DNA of 42,077 bases from a virus (taxonomy: Duplodnaviria; Caudoviricetes): positions 1 to 42,077 of the IMG/VR virus record IMGVR_UViG_3300044899_000016; one strand, 5' to 3'. Below the pieces are notes generated by a model. It saw nothing but the letters and a program-made list of their open reading frames with translations, had not been told where the DNA came from and did not search any database. Below are positions 34,958-42,077 of the stretch, piece after piece. The first letter of the stretch is position 1, and each line of letters starts with the position of its first letter. Position numbers and translations under genes: made by a program.

Positions 34958-35790
34958 ACCTCATCTTGTCTCTTTTTCCCGGTATAGACTTGCTCGGCAA
35001 AGGTTTCGAGCTTGAGGGCTATTGTGTAGTGCGCGGTCCAGACATCATTTATGGCGGCGACATAAGAAGCTTCCGCGCGCCCGCAAACCGCTTTGACGGC
35101 ATCATCGGCGGCTCTCCCTGTCAGGACTTCAGCTTAAAGCGTCGCACGCCGCCGACGGGCGAAGGCGTAGAGATGATGCGACAGTTCGGGCGCGTCGTCT
35201 TAGAGTCTGAGGCCGCTTGGTTTCTGCTTGAGAACGTGCCCGCCGCGCCTGACTTGAAGGTCTTTGGCTACACCGTTCAGCGCTTCGATTTGAACGCGCG
35301 CGAGTGCGGCCTTGCTCAGTCGCGTCTCAGACATTTTCAATTCGGCTCGCGCTCTGGTCTTGTTATCTCGCCGGAAAGAAGAAAGCCGAAAGGCAAAGCC
35401 GAAGCCATCTGTCTTGCGTCTGAAGGCGAGAGCGCGAGAGCGCGGCGCGCTTGGGGCGACTTCTGCGAGCTTCAGGGCTTGCCGCGCGATTTCGAGCTTC
35501 CGGGCTGGTCTATCGCTGCCAAGTATAGAGCCGTCGGCAACGGCGTGCCCGTGGCCGTGGCGCGCGTGATTGCGCGGGCGATCCGTGACGCGATGGCAGC
35601 GCCGCGCGGTCGCAGATTCACAGATGTCAAATTGTGCGCGTGCGGTTGCGGTCGCATCCTTGAAGGTAAACAGAAGGCGGCGACGCCAGCATGCAGGAAG
35701 AGACTTGAAAGAGCGCGCAAGTGTGTCTCTCCGGAGTTCGCCGCACATCGAGCAGTCACAGAATGTGTGACCATTTCAGGAAGCAATTAG
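34954..35790 (+). CDS. Compact C5-cytosine DNA methyltransferase with C-terminal zinc finger
   Basis: Motif I SLFPG, IV GGSPCQDFS, VI LENV, VIII QSRLR, X GNGVP. Very short target-recognition region. Extra CACGCG...TPACRKR tail. Confidence 0.9.
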   Translation: MNLILSLFPGIDLLGKGFELEGYCVVRGPDIIYGGDIRSFRAPANRFDGIIGGSPCQDFSLKRRTPPTGEGVEMMRQFGRVVLESEAAWFLLENVPAAPDLKVFGYTVQRFDLNARECGLAQSRLRHFQFGSRSGLVISPERRKPKGKAEAICLASEGESARARRAWGDFCELQGLPRDFELPGWSIAAKYRAVGNGVPVAVARVIARAIRDAMAAPRGRRFTDVKLCACGCGRILEGKQKAATPACRKRLERARKCVSPEFAAHRAVTECVTISGSN

Positions 35791-35922
35791 CCCGGTCAGT
35801 CACGCTTTTAATTGTGACCGAGTTCCTAAATCTTTCCGCAACGCCGTCACGCTTGAGCTGCACTCGCCACGTTCGGCGATATGCGATCCGCCGGCGTCAT
35901 CGTTACTTCCGGCGTGACGATC
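35713..35922 (+). repeat. Composite palindromic element copy 3, overlapping the C5-MTase 3' end
   Basis: Motif B at 35723, 35767, 35814 (plus 35585 inside the gene); motif A at 35863 and 35899. Confidence 0.92.
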
Positions 35923-35950
35923 ATGCTATTTCTCCGCTATATTCCAGAGT

Positions 35951-36205
35951 GTGCGAGCGTGCGAGCCTGAACCTTTTTCAAAGGAGCATGCCTCAAAAGT
36001 GGAAGATGAACAGAAGGAACGGACAGGGGGACGCCGCATCGTTGACGCTCACCGCCGTGAGATCGTCCGCCTAGTCCGTGAATTTCTCGCCTACGCAGAC
36101 TCCAAACCTCAACATCTTTTCGCCGAAGGCACGCGCCGCTTCATCGAAGAAGTGCGCCCGATAGTCGAGCAGAAAGACTTGCTTAACAAGCGCTCGCGCA
36201 AATAA
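35951..36205 (+). CDS. Hypothetical protein
   Basis: 84-aa ORF after the element. Confidence 0.4.
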   Translation: MRACEPEPFSKEHASKVEDEQKERTGGRRIVDAHRREIVRLVREFLAYADSKPQHLFAEGTRRFIEEVRPIVEQKDLLNKRSRK

Positions 36206-36309
36206 ACCTTCTAAAACTCTTAGTAAAAATAGAAACCCCGCGTCTCATAAACTTTCTCTTGTAAGGGCTAACAAGCCTAAAGCTTTTAGACAAGGAAGAC
36301 TTTAGTAAA

Positions 36310-36801
36310 ATGAACTCTCGCATGGACACGCCCGCAATCGCCCGCCGAAAGCCTGCCGCAACTGCCAACTGCCAACTGCCAACTGCCAACTCTATTGAGT
36401 GTCCGCGCGAGAGCATTCCAGCTTCAACGCCTTCTTTCAAATCCTTCGCGCATATCCGCAACCCGAAAGTGCGCCGCGCGAAAGAGTATGAGCAGCACCT
36501 GCTTTTCATGCGAGATTCATTTCCTGAATATAGCGCCGGGATTGAAAAGCAGATTGCATATGCAAGATCGCAAGCTGAGCGCGGGCGTGCCTCAGATCAC
36601 GACCAAGTTCTAAAGCAGATGGAATCATGCGCGCTCTCGTGCCGTGAAATCAGTGACGATCTTTCAATCCCTTACGCTACTGTCTATAAGATTTTGCAGG
36701 AGTATGCTGCAGCGGGCGTTGTCATTATCCGCCAGCATGCAGGCCGGGCAGGAAACAAGCCTGTCTGCTACTACTCGCTATCGCACGCACAGACGCTTTA
36801 A
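36310..36801 (+). CDS. Winged-helix DNA-binding protein, candidate late-gene activator
   Basis: LSCREISDDLSIPYATVYKILQEYAAAGVV HTH; last gene before the packaging operon. Confidence 0.65.
   Translation: MNSRMDTPAIARRKPAATANCQLPTANSIECPRESIPASTPSFKSFAHIRNPKVRRAKEYEQHLLFMRDSFPEYSAGIEKQIAYARSQAERGRASDHDQVLKQMESCALSCREISDDLSIPYATVYKILQEYAAAGVVIIRQHAGRAGNKPVCYYSLSHAQTL
36359..36391 (+). repeat. Heptamer tandem repeat (CAACTGC)x4+
   Basis: Seen directly in the sequence. Confidence 0.9.
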
Positions 36802-36807
36802 TAGAGC

Positions 36808-36822
36808 TTCGTAAAAATAGAC
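36808..36822 (+). promoter_or_regulatory. TTCGTAAAAATAGAC, second copy
   Basis: Identical to 3329-3343; partial copy GTAAAAATAGA at 36223. Confidence 0.55.
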
Positions 36823-36974
36823 TCTCTTTAGCCCCTACTCTCTTTCTTGAGAGCAGGGGCTTTTCGCGTGTTAGCGCTGAGCCAAGCCAAAAGTAGCAAC
36901 GAGCCGCCGCACCTGTCGAAAGCCGCCTACTCTCAAAATTCAATCAAGACAAATTCACGAAAGGAAATTTCTAA

Positions 36975-37172
36975 ATGAAAAAGTTTTTAACTGTTCTCGG
37001 CACTATCGGCCTGTTCGGCTCACAGGTCGGCCCGCTCGCCGGTTCTATCAGCCCGAAGGTGGGCGCGATTGCTGGCGGCGTCTCCGGCATCGCGCTTCTC
37101 TTAGGCAAATCAATCCTTGAATTCAAACAGGCCGGAAGCTCCACCGGCGATAACACGCAATCGGCAAAGTAA
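36975..37172 (+). CDS. Small two-TM membrane protein, holin candidate
   Basis: Two hydrophobic segments, AAGGA RBS, first gene of the late operon. Confidence 0.5.
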   Translation: MKKFLTVLGTIGLFGSQVGPLAGSISPKVGAIAGGVSGIALLLGKSILEFKQAGSSTGDNTQSAK

Positions 37173-37175
37173 CTA

Positions 37176-37439
37176 ATGAGAGAGAAGAGGCAGCACTGGA
37201 TTTGGGCGGTCTTGCAGTGGGCAGGACCGCTCGTGCTGTCTGCTTTTGTGGCTTATGGCTCTGTGCAGTACGGGCAGGGTGCGCGCGAGCAGAGATTGTC
37301 AACTGTTGAAAGAGACGTGAAGGAAGCGGCAGGCGCGCATGCCAATTTCGTCTCGCGCGATGAATTCAACTTGATTCTTGACGATCTGAAAGAAATTAAG
37401 CAGGACGTGCGCGAGGTCAGAAGGAGTTTGACGAAATGA
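37176..37439 (+). CDS. Single-TM coiled-coil protein (lysis-associated candidate)
   Basis: N-terminal TM followed by FVSRDEF and a coiled coil. Confidence 0.5.
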   Translation: MREKRQHWIWAVLQWAGPLVLSAFVAYGSVQYGQGAREQRLSTVERDVKEAAGAHANFVSRDEFNLILDDLKEIKQDVREVRRSLTK

Positions 37440-37563
37440 AAGCAGATATGTCGAGCGGCACGGCGAGCGTTCTGGTCGCGCTCATAGGTTTATTCGGAAT
37501 GCTTTCGAGCAAAGTATTGGATGACTACTTGAAAGAGCGCAAGCGCGAGCAGGCGAAGAAATA

Positions 37564-38001
37564 ATGAGACTCAAAAAAAAGCAAAAAGAATTTCTTTTGA
37601 AGTGCGTCGCGGAAGGTTTAGAGAGCGATGAAATCAACGAGCGTGCCGCGAAGTTCAAGCCCGCATTTTCAGTCTCGCGCCAGCAAGTTGATTTCTATAG
37701 AGGCTCGCGCGGCGTCCGTATCGAAGAGCTTAAAGAGGCTGGCGAGATAGACGCGCTTTCACAGGGGTTTGCTCTTAGAGATGAGCGCGTGCGCGTTCTC
37801 TCCGAAATTGGCAAGAGCCTTTACAAAGATTTGAAACAGTGCACGCGCTCACTTGCAGACGGCGAGTTTAAGGAAGGCGAGATACGACAGTTGCGCGGCA
37901 TCTTCGATGACCTTGCAAAAGAGATGGGCGACCGCAAGACGAAGCTGGAGCATTCCGGCGACGCTGAAAAGCCGCTCACGATTCGTGTTGAGTATGAATA
38001 G
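37564..38001 (+). CDS. terS: Terminase small subunit
   Basis: Directly upstream of and overlapping terL. C-terminal KLEHSGDAEKPLTIRVEYE is typical. Confidence 0.7.
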   Translation: MRLKKKQKEFLLKCVAEGLESDEINERAAKFKPAFSVSRQQVDFYRGSRGVRIEELKEAGEIDALSQGFALRDERVRVLSEIGKSLYKDLKQCTRSLADGEFKEGEIRQLRGIFDDLAKEMGDRKTKLEHSGDAEKPLTIRVEYE

Positions 38002-39220
38002 GATAATCACCTTAAAGCTTCCAAAGCATCACGCTGGACAACAGCGAATTGTCCGCGAAGCGCGGCGATTCAATGTTGTTTGCTGTGGCCGTCGCTTTGG
38101 AAAATCAGTCTTAGGCATTGACCGTCAGGTGCGCCCTGCGCTTGACGGTCAACTCGTTTCCTATTTCACGCCGACTTATCGAATGCTACAGGAAATCTGG
38201 CGAGAGACGCGCCGCGCGCTTCTGAATGTCACCGCTTCGGCCAACTCTTCGGATCACCGGATTGAGCTTATCACCGGCGGTCTGATTGATATGTGGAGTC
38301 TGGAAGCTATTGAGTCTGCGCGCGGGCGTAAATATCACCGCGCGATAATTGACGAGGCCGCGATTGCTCCGAATCTTAAAGACGCATGGCAGCAGGTTAT
38401 CCGCCCGATGCTCACGGACTACGAAGGTGACGCATATTTTCTTTCGACTCCGAAGGGCATCAACTTCTTCAAAGAGATTTTCGATTACGGTCAAGACCCT
38501 TCAAAAAAGGATTGGGCAAGCTGGCAGATGCCGACTCTTGCGAATCCCTTCATCAAGCCCACCGAAGTTGAGGCCGCGCGGCTCGAATTGCCGTCAACAG
38601 TTTTCACGCAGGAATACGAAGCGGCATTTCTACAAGGCGAAGGTTCAGTATTTCGCAACATCGAAGCATGCTTGAAAGCTAAAGAGTCGAACCCTTCCGA
38701 GCATCAGGGGCACAGGCTTGTCGCCGGGCTTGATTGGGCGCAGGCGACTGATTACACGGCCATCTCTGTTTTCTGCGCGACGTGCATGTGCGAGGTTCAG
38801 CTTGACCGCTTCAACAAAGTCGAATTCTCGCATCAGCGCGGGCGCATTCGAACGCATTCGGATAATTGGAAAGTCTCTCATATTCTCGCCGAATCGAATT
38901 CCATCGGCGGACCTAACATTGAAGCTCTTCTATCGGAAGGCTTGCCCGTTTATGGCTTCGCTACAACCGCGCAATCAAAACCACAACTTATTCAATCGCT
39001 CTCGCTCGCGTTCGAGCGCACAGAGGCGCAATGGCTGCCCTGTGAAGTAGCGAAGTCTGAGCTTGTCGCTTACGAAGCGACGACGAATCCACACACAGGC
39101 CGCGTGAGCTATTCAGCGCCAAGCGGCTTACACGACGACACTGTTATCGCGCGCGGGCTTGCTTTCATGGCCGCGACGCAAACGGGCGGCACAGTCTTGC
39201 ACGGCGCGCCGCTCTGGTAA
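37994..39220 (+). CDS. terL: Terminase large subunit
   Basis: Walker A CGRRFGKS, Walker B AIIDEAA, LSTP, nuclease GLDWA and HDDTV. Likely ATG at 37994. Confidence 0.95.
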   Translation: MNRIITLKLPKHHAGQQRIVREARRFNVVCCGRRFGKSVLGIDRQVRPALDGQLVSYFTPTYRMLQEIWRETRRALLNVTASANSSDHRIELITGGLIDMWSLEAIESARGRKYHRAIIDEAAIAPNLKDAWQQVIRPMLTDYEGDAYFLSTPKGINFFKEIFDYGQDPSKKDWASWQMPTLANPFIKPTEVEAARLELPSTVFTQEYEAAFLQGEGSVFRNIEACLKAKESNPSEHQGHRLVAGLDWAQATDYTAISVFCATCMCEVQLDRFNKVEFSHQRGRIRTHSDNWKVSHILAESNSIGGPNIEALLSEGLPVYGFATTAQSKPQLIQSLSLAFERTEAQWLPCEVAKSELVAYEATTNPHTGRVSYSAPSGLHDDTVIARGLAFMAATQTGGTVLHGAPLW

Positions 39221-39236
39221 GAAGGAGAAAATTAAA

Positions 39237-40595
39237 ATGATGAATTATGTGAACCAATTTACTTCGCGCATCTCGGCGTGGATGCGCGGGCAAAGAATCA
39301 CGGGCGGCGTCGGCGTAATCGCCAGCGCGCGCGACTTCTTTGACGGTTGTGTGCCGCCCTCGCTTGTGGTGAAGCCGGATGCGCCCGACGACAATATCTT
39401 TATCAATTACGCTGAAGTGATTGTTTCAAAGGGCGTCGCGTTTCTGTTCGGCGAGCCTTTGAAGATTTCTGTCGGCGAGGGCGCGGATAAGAGCGGCGAA
39501 GAGTATTTGAAAACGGTTTGGCCGGAAGATGCGCGCATGGAGGATTTTCACGAGGCCGCGACAGAGGGCGCAATCTCTGGCGACGCCTATCTGAAAATTT
39601 CTATTCAGGCCGACGGCAAGCCCCGCGTCACTGTCGGCGATCCTGACTGCTACACAGTCGAAACCGACCCGCACGATGTGACGCGCGCTTTGAAGTTCAC
39701 TTGTCAGTACGAGATTCCCGGCGCGAGCGCAGATAAGCCAATTCTCTATAAGGAAGAGACGAGCCGCAATGAGGATGGCAAATCATGGCGCATTCAGGAA
39801 TTCCAGAGCACGGATGCCGGTAAGAATTGGCAGACGCTTTCTGATAACCAATGGAATTTCGCTTTCGCGCCCGTTTTCCATTGCAAGAATCTGCCGAAGT
39901 CGAAAAGCTTCTATGGCCGTCCCGATCTTCGCGAGGACGTGCGCAGGCTCATCACGGCCATCTCGCGCCTTGATGGTATGTGCAATAAGGTTGTGCGCGT
40001 CCATTCAAGCCCTAAGCCTTATGCGACCGGGCTTCGCAAGCAGGACATGGAATTCAACACCGAGGGCGTGATGTTCTTGCCCGGCGGCGTGAACAATGTA
40101 GAGGCGAAGATTGGCCTTTTGGAGATGACGGGCGACCTTATGGGCGCGCGCCAGTTCAGAAAAGAGTTGCGTGAAGCACTTTCCGAGATGACGCGGACGC
40201 CGGAAGTGTCAACAGGTAAGATGGAAAACACCGGGCAGCTTTCAGGCGTCGCGCTCCGCATCCTGTACGGTCCGCTCATTGACCAGACGAAGCTCAAGCA
40301 GCGCTCCTTTGGCAAGATGATTAAAGATTGCGTCGCGGCGCTTCTGGCTATCGGCGGGAAGAAGGGTGAAGTCGCTTTGAATTGGGCTGATCCCTTGCCC
40401 GCGAATGAGGTTGAAGCTGTGCAGGTCGCCGAAGGCAAGAGGCGGCTGGGCTTCAGCGAGCAGACGCTAATCGGCGAGCTTGGCGGCGATGCTGCGAAGG
40501 AGAAAAAGCAGCGTAAGATGGACGTGGCTGATGCGGGCACGTCCATCTTGACGGCGTTCGACAACGGCGCGGGCGCAGACCAGCTTGCAGCCTAA
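39237..40595 (+). CDS. Portal protein (SPP1 gp6-like)
   Basis: INYAEVIV...FLFGEP, GDAYLKI, FYGRPDL, LSGVALRILYGPL motifs; follows terL. Confidence 0.9.
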   Translation: MMNYVNQFTSRISAWMRGQRITGGVGVIASARDFFDGCVPPSLVVKPDAPDDNIFINYAEVIVSKGVAFLFGEPLKISVGEGADKSGEEYLKTVWPEDARMEDFHEAATEGAISGDAYLKISIQADGKPRVTVGDPDCYTVETDPHDVTRALKFTCQYEIPGASADKPILYKEETSRNEDGKSWRIQEFQSTDAGKNWQTLSDNQWNFAFAPVFHCKNLPKSKSFYGRPDLREDVRRLITAISRLDGMCNKVVRVHSSPKPYATGLRKQDMEFNTEGVMFLPGGVNNVEAKIGLLEMTGDLMGARQFRKELREALSEMTRTPEVSTGKMENTGQLSGVALRILYGPLIDQTKLKQRSFGKMIKDCVAALLAIGGKKGEVALNWADPLPANEVEAVQVAEGKRRLGFSEQTLIGELGGDAAKEKKQRKMDVADAGTSILTAFDNGAGADQLAA

Positions 40596-41284
40596 GATAC
40601 ATATCATACATATCTTGTGTATCTTGTGTATGAACAGCCGGTGGAATAGTTTTTGGAATAATTTTTCAAGACTATTCCACTTCTTCAAACAACATGCCTG
40701 ACATCTACGAATTAGCTCAAGAACAAAAAGACGCTCTTCTGAAAAGTGAAAGGCGCGCATCATCTGAATTGGTGCGCGCCTTTGGTCTTGCATACAGTCG
40801 CATTCAAGAGCGCATTGCAGCTCTCACCACTCAAATTGACGAGGCCAGATCAAAGGGTGAAATAATCTCTTCGAATTGGCTCTATGAGCGTGACCGTCTC
40901 ACCAATCTAAAAGTTGATATCGAACGCGAAATGCGACGCTTCGCGCAACTCGCCACTGAGCGCGTGACAGCAGAGCAGGGAAGCGCCATCGAAATAGCCG
41001 CGGATGACGCACAGCGCCTGCTCAGCGCGTCTTTTCCAGAAACAGGTTCTACCCCAGCCGTCACTCTCTCGGGGCTGAATTCTGAGGCCGTGGCCGCTCT
41101 CGCCGGATTTGCAGGTGATGGACAGCCCCTACGCCTGCTTTTCGAAAAGATTGCTCCGCAGATGGCGACAGCGCTTTCTGACGAGCTTGTCTCGGGCGTG
41201 ATAGAAGGTGCGCCCGCGCGCGTGATTGCGAGCCGGATACGTGAGCGGTCAGGAATCGGCCTGGCGCGGGCGTTGGTTGTCCAA

Positions 41285-41301
41285 CGTCAGGAAACCTTAA
41301 G
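41285..41301 (+). repeat. 17-bp direct repeat CGTCAGGAAACCTTAAG, copy 2
   Basis: Identical to 2699-2715. Confidence 0.9.
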
Positions 41302-41330
41302 GGCTTACCGCACGGCGCAGCTATCTCAAT

Positions 41331-41405
41331 ATCAGAGCTTCCGACGTGACTCGATCAACTTCAATTTTGGCGATGCTTCAGGTGTGACTTCGCAGCTCAG
41401 TCACA
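41331..41405 (-). repeat. Partial composite element inside gpF
   Basis: Matches about 20490-20573, with a 16-bp deletion in the motif B unit (GTGAC-N11-GTCAC at 41384-41404). Confidence 0.88.
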
Positions 41406-41587
41406 ATTCCGCTCGCACATTCTCTGCCGTTGTTCGATGATACCTCTTACTGACAAAAAGCTTCCGGCGAAAAGTGGGGAAGAGATTTTTTCAGATCAGG
41501 AAGAGGCTATCCAACTGAGCGTTTTAGGAAAAGAAAAATTTACAGCTTTTCGTGAGGGCAAGCTGAAACTATCATCCTTAATAGGCA

Positions 41588-42076
41588 TTAAGCAAAGCGC
41601 GCAGTGGGGCACAACTCTTTTTGAGCGTAGCTTGAAAGATGCTCTTGAACGATAGCGGCGCATGTTTCGGGCGAAGCGTTAATTTCAATCTCTCCGAGCC
41701 GAATCATTTTCCAACCTTTCGATTTTAGATACTTGTCTTTGCGCCTGTCTTTAATTTGCTGAGAGGGGCGACCATGCCAATAAACACCGTCACATTCAAC
41801 GACTAATTTCTCGTCAGGAAAAGCAAAATCAACTATGTACCAATCAATGGTGAATTGAGGTACAGGGGAAAGGCCGATTGCCTTGAAAGCTTCTGCCATT
41901 TTCCTTTCAATGCTGCTTGTGCGCGGCCATGACATCAGCCCAAGAATACATGCACACCGCCTAGAACACGCGCGAAAGCGTTTTACCTTACAAGGGTGTA
42001 GCTCACACTCTTTGCCGCATATCTCACAAGCCTTTATTGTTTTCTCTTTCCAGAGAGGATGATTCTTTCCTCGCAT
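41588..42076 (-). CDS. DUF559 / Vsr-like endonuclease with N-terminal zinc ribbon (possibly 5'-truncated)
   Basis: TSSIE, QFTI..YIVDF, LVVECDGVYWH, DRRKDKYLKSKGWKMIR; CEICGK...CSRRC. Confidence 0.85.
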   Translation of the reverse strand: MRGKNHPLWKEKTIKACEICGKECELHPCKVKRFRACSRRCACILGLMSWPRTSSIERKMAEAFKAIGLSPVPQFTIDWYIVDFAFPDEKLVVECDGVYWHGRPSQQIKDRRKDKYLKSKGWKMIRLGEIEINASPETCAAIVQEHLSSYAQKELCPTARFA

Positions 42077-42077
42077 A

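Larger units (their letters stand above)
40694..41655 (+). pseudogene. Mu gpF/SPP1 gp7-like minor head protein, N-terminus fused to disrupted C-terminal variant B
   Basis: ORF 40694-41440 runs to QRQETLRAYRTAQLSQYQS and then enters repeat DNA. The homologous tail resumes in another frame at 41404 (QFRSHILCRCSMIPL...QWGTTLFERSLKDALER, ends 41655). Confidence 0.8.

Noticed and set aside
33900-35790. Classical restriction-modification system
   Set aside because: No cognate restriction endonuclease next to either MTase; the ORF between them is only 62 aa.
2699-41301. Gin/Cin-type invertible segment at gpF
   Set aside because: The 17-bp repeats and both C-terminal variants are in direct orientation, and no serine invertase is seen.
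42060-42077. Direct joining of window end to window start
   Set aside because: No terminal overlap. The TMP paralog lacks a start and the junction gives no sensible reading, so sequence is probably missing.
1-42077. tRNA or rRNA genes, IS transposases
   Set aside because: None recognised by eye. tRNAscan-SE and Infernal would be needed to exclude small RNAs.

Overview
The window holds nearly the whole genome of a temperate tailed phage (long non-contractile tail likely), in circularly permuted order. Scaffold, capsid, neck and tail genes (3.4-21.8 kb) are followed by a tyrosine integrase, an ImmA/ImmR-like switch, and early, recombination, replication and methylation genes (21.9-36.8 kb). 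Terminase, portal and a Mu gpF-like minor head gene come last (37.5-41.7 kb). Two things stand out. (1) Two adjacent orphan DNA methyltransferases, one Dam-like and one C5-cytosine, both carry unusual C-terminal extensions. Each is embedded in its own family of long palindromic sites dispersed through the genome. Motif A is GATC-N4-[A/C]TCGC-N8-GCGA[T/G], about 25 copies, 12 with GATC at exactly 4 bp. Motif B is GTGAC-N27-GTCAC, about 14 copies, often with CCGG/TCGA 3 bp inside an arm. The sites sit on gene boundaries and form a composite element present three times. Two copies differ only by m5C-deamination-type changes. This suggests an addressed, site-anchored methylation system. (2) The gpF head gene is split across the window ends by a 17-bp direct repeat. 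The intervening cassette carries a diverged second tape-measure gene, second tail-assembly chaperones, a Com-like zinc ribbon and a DUF559 nuclease, so it is a candidate excisable or satellite-like tail-remodelling cassette. All calls are by eye from the sequence and ORF track; no database searches were run.
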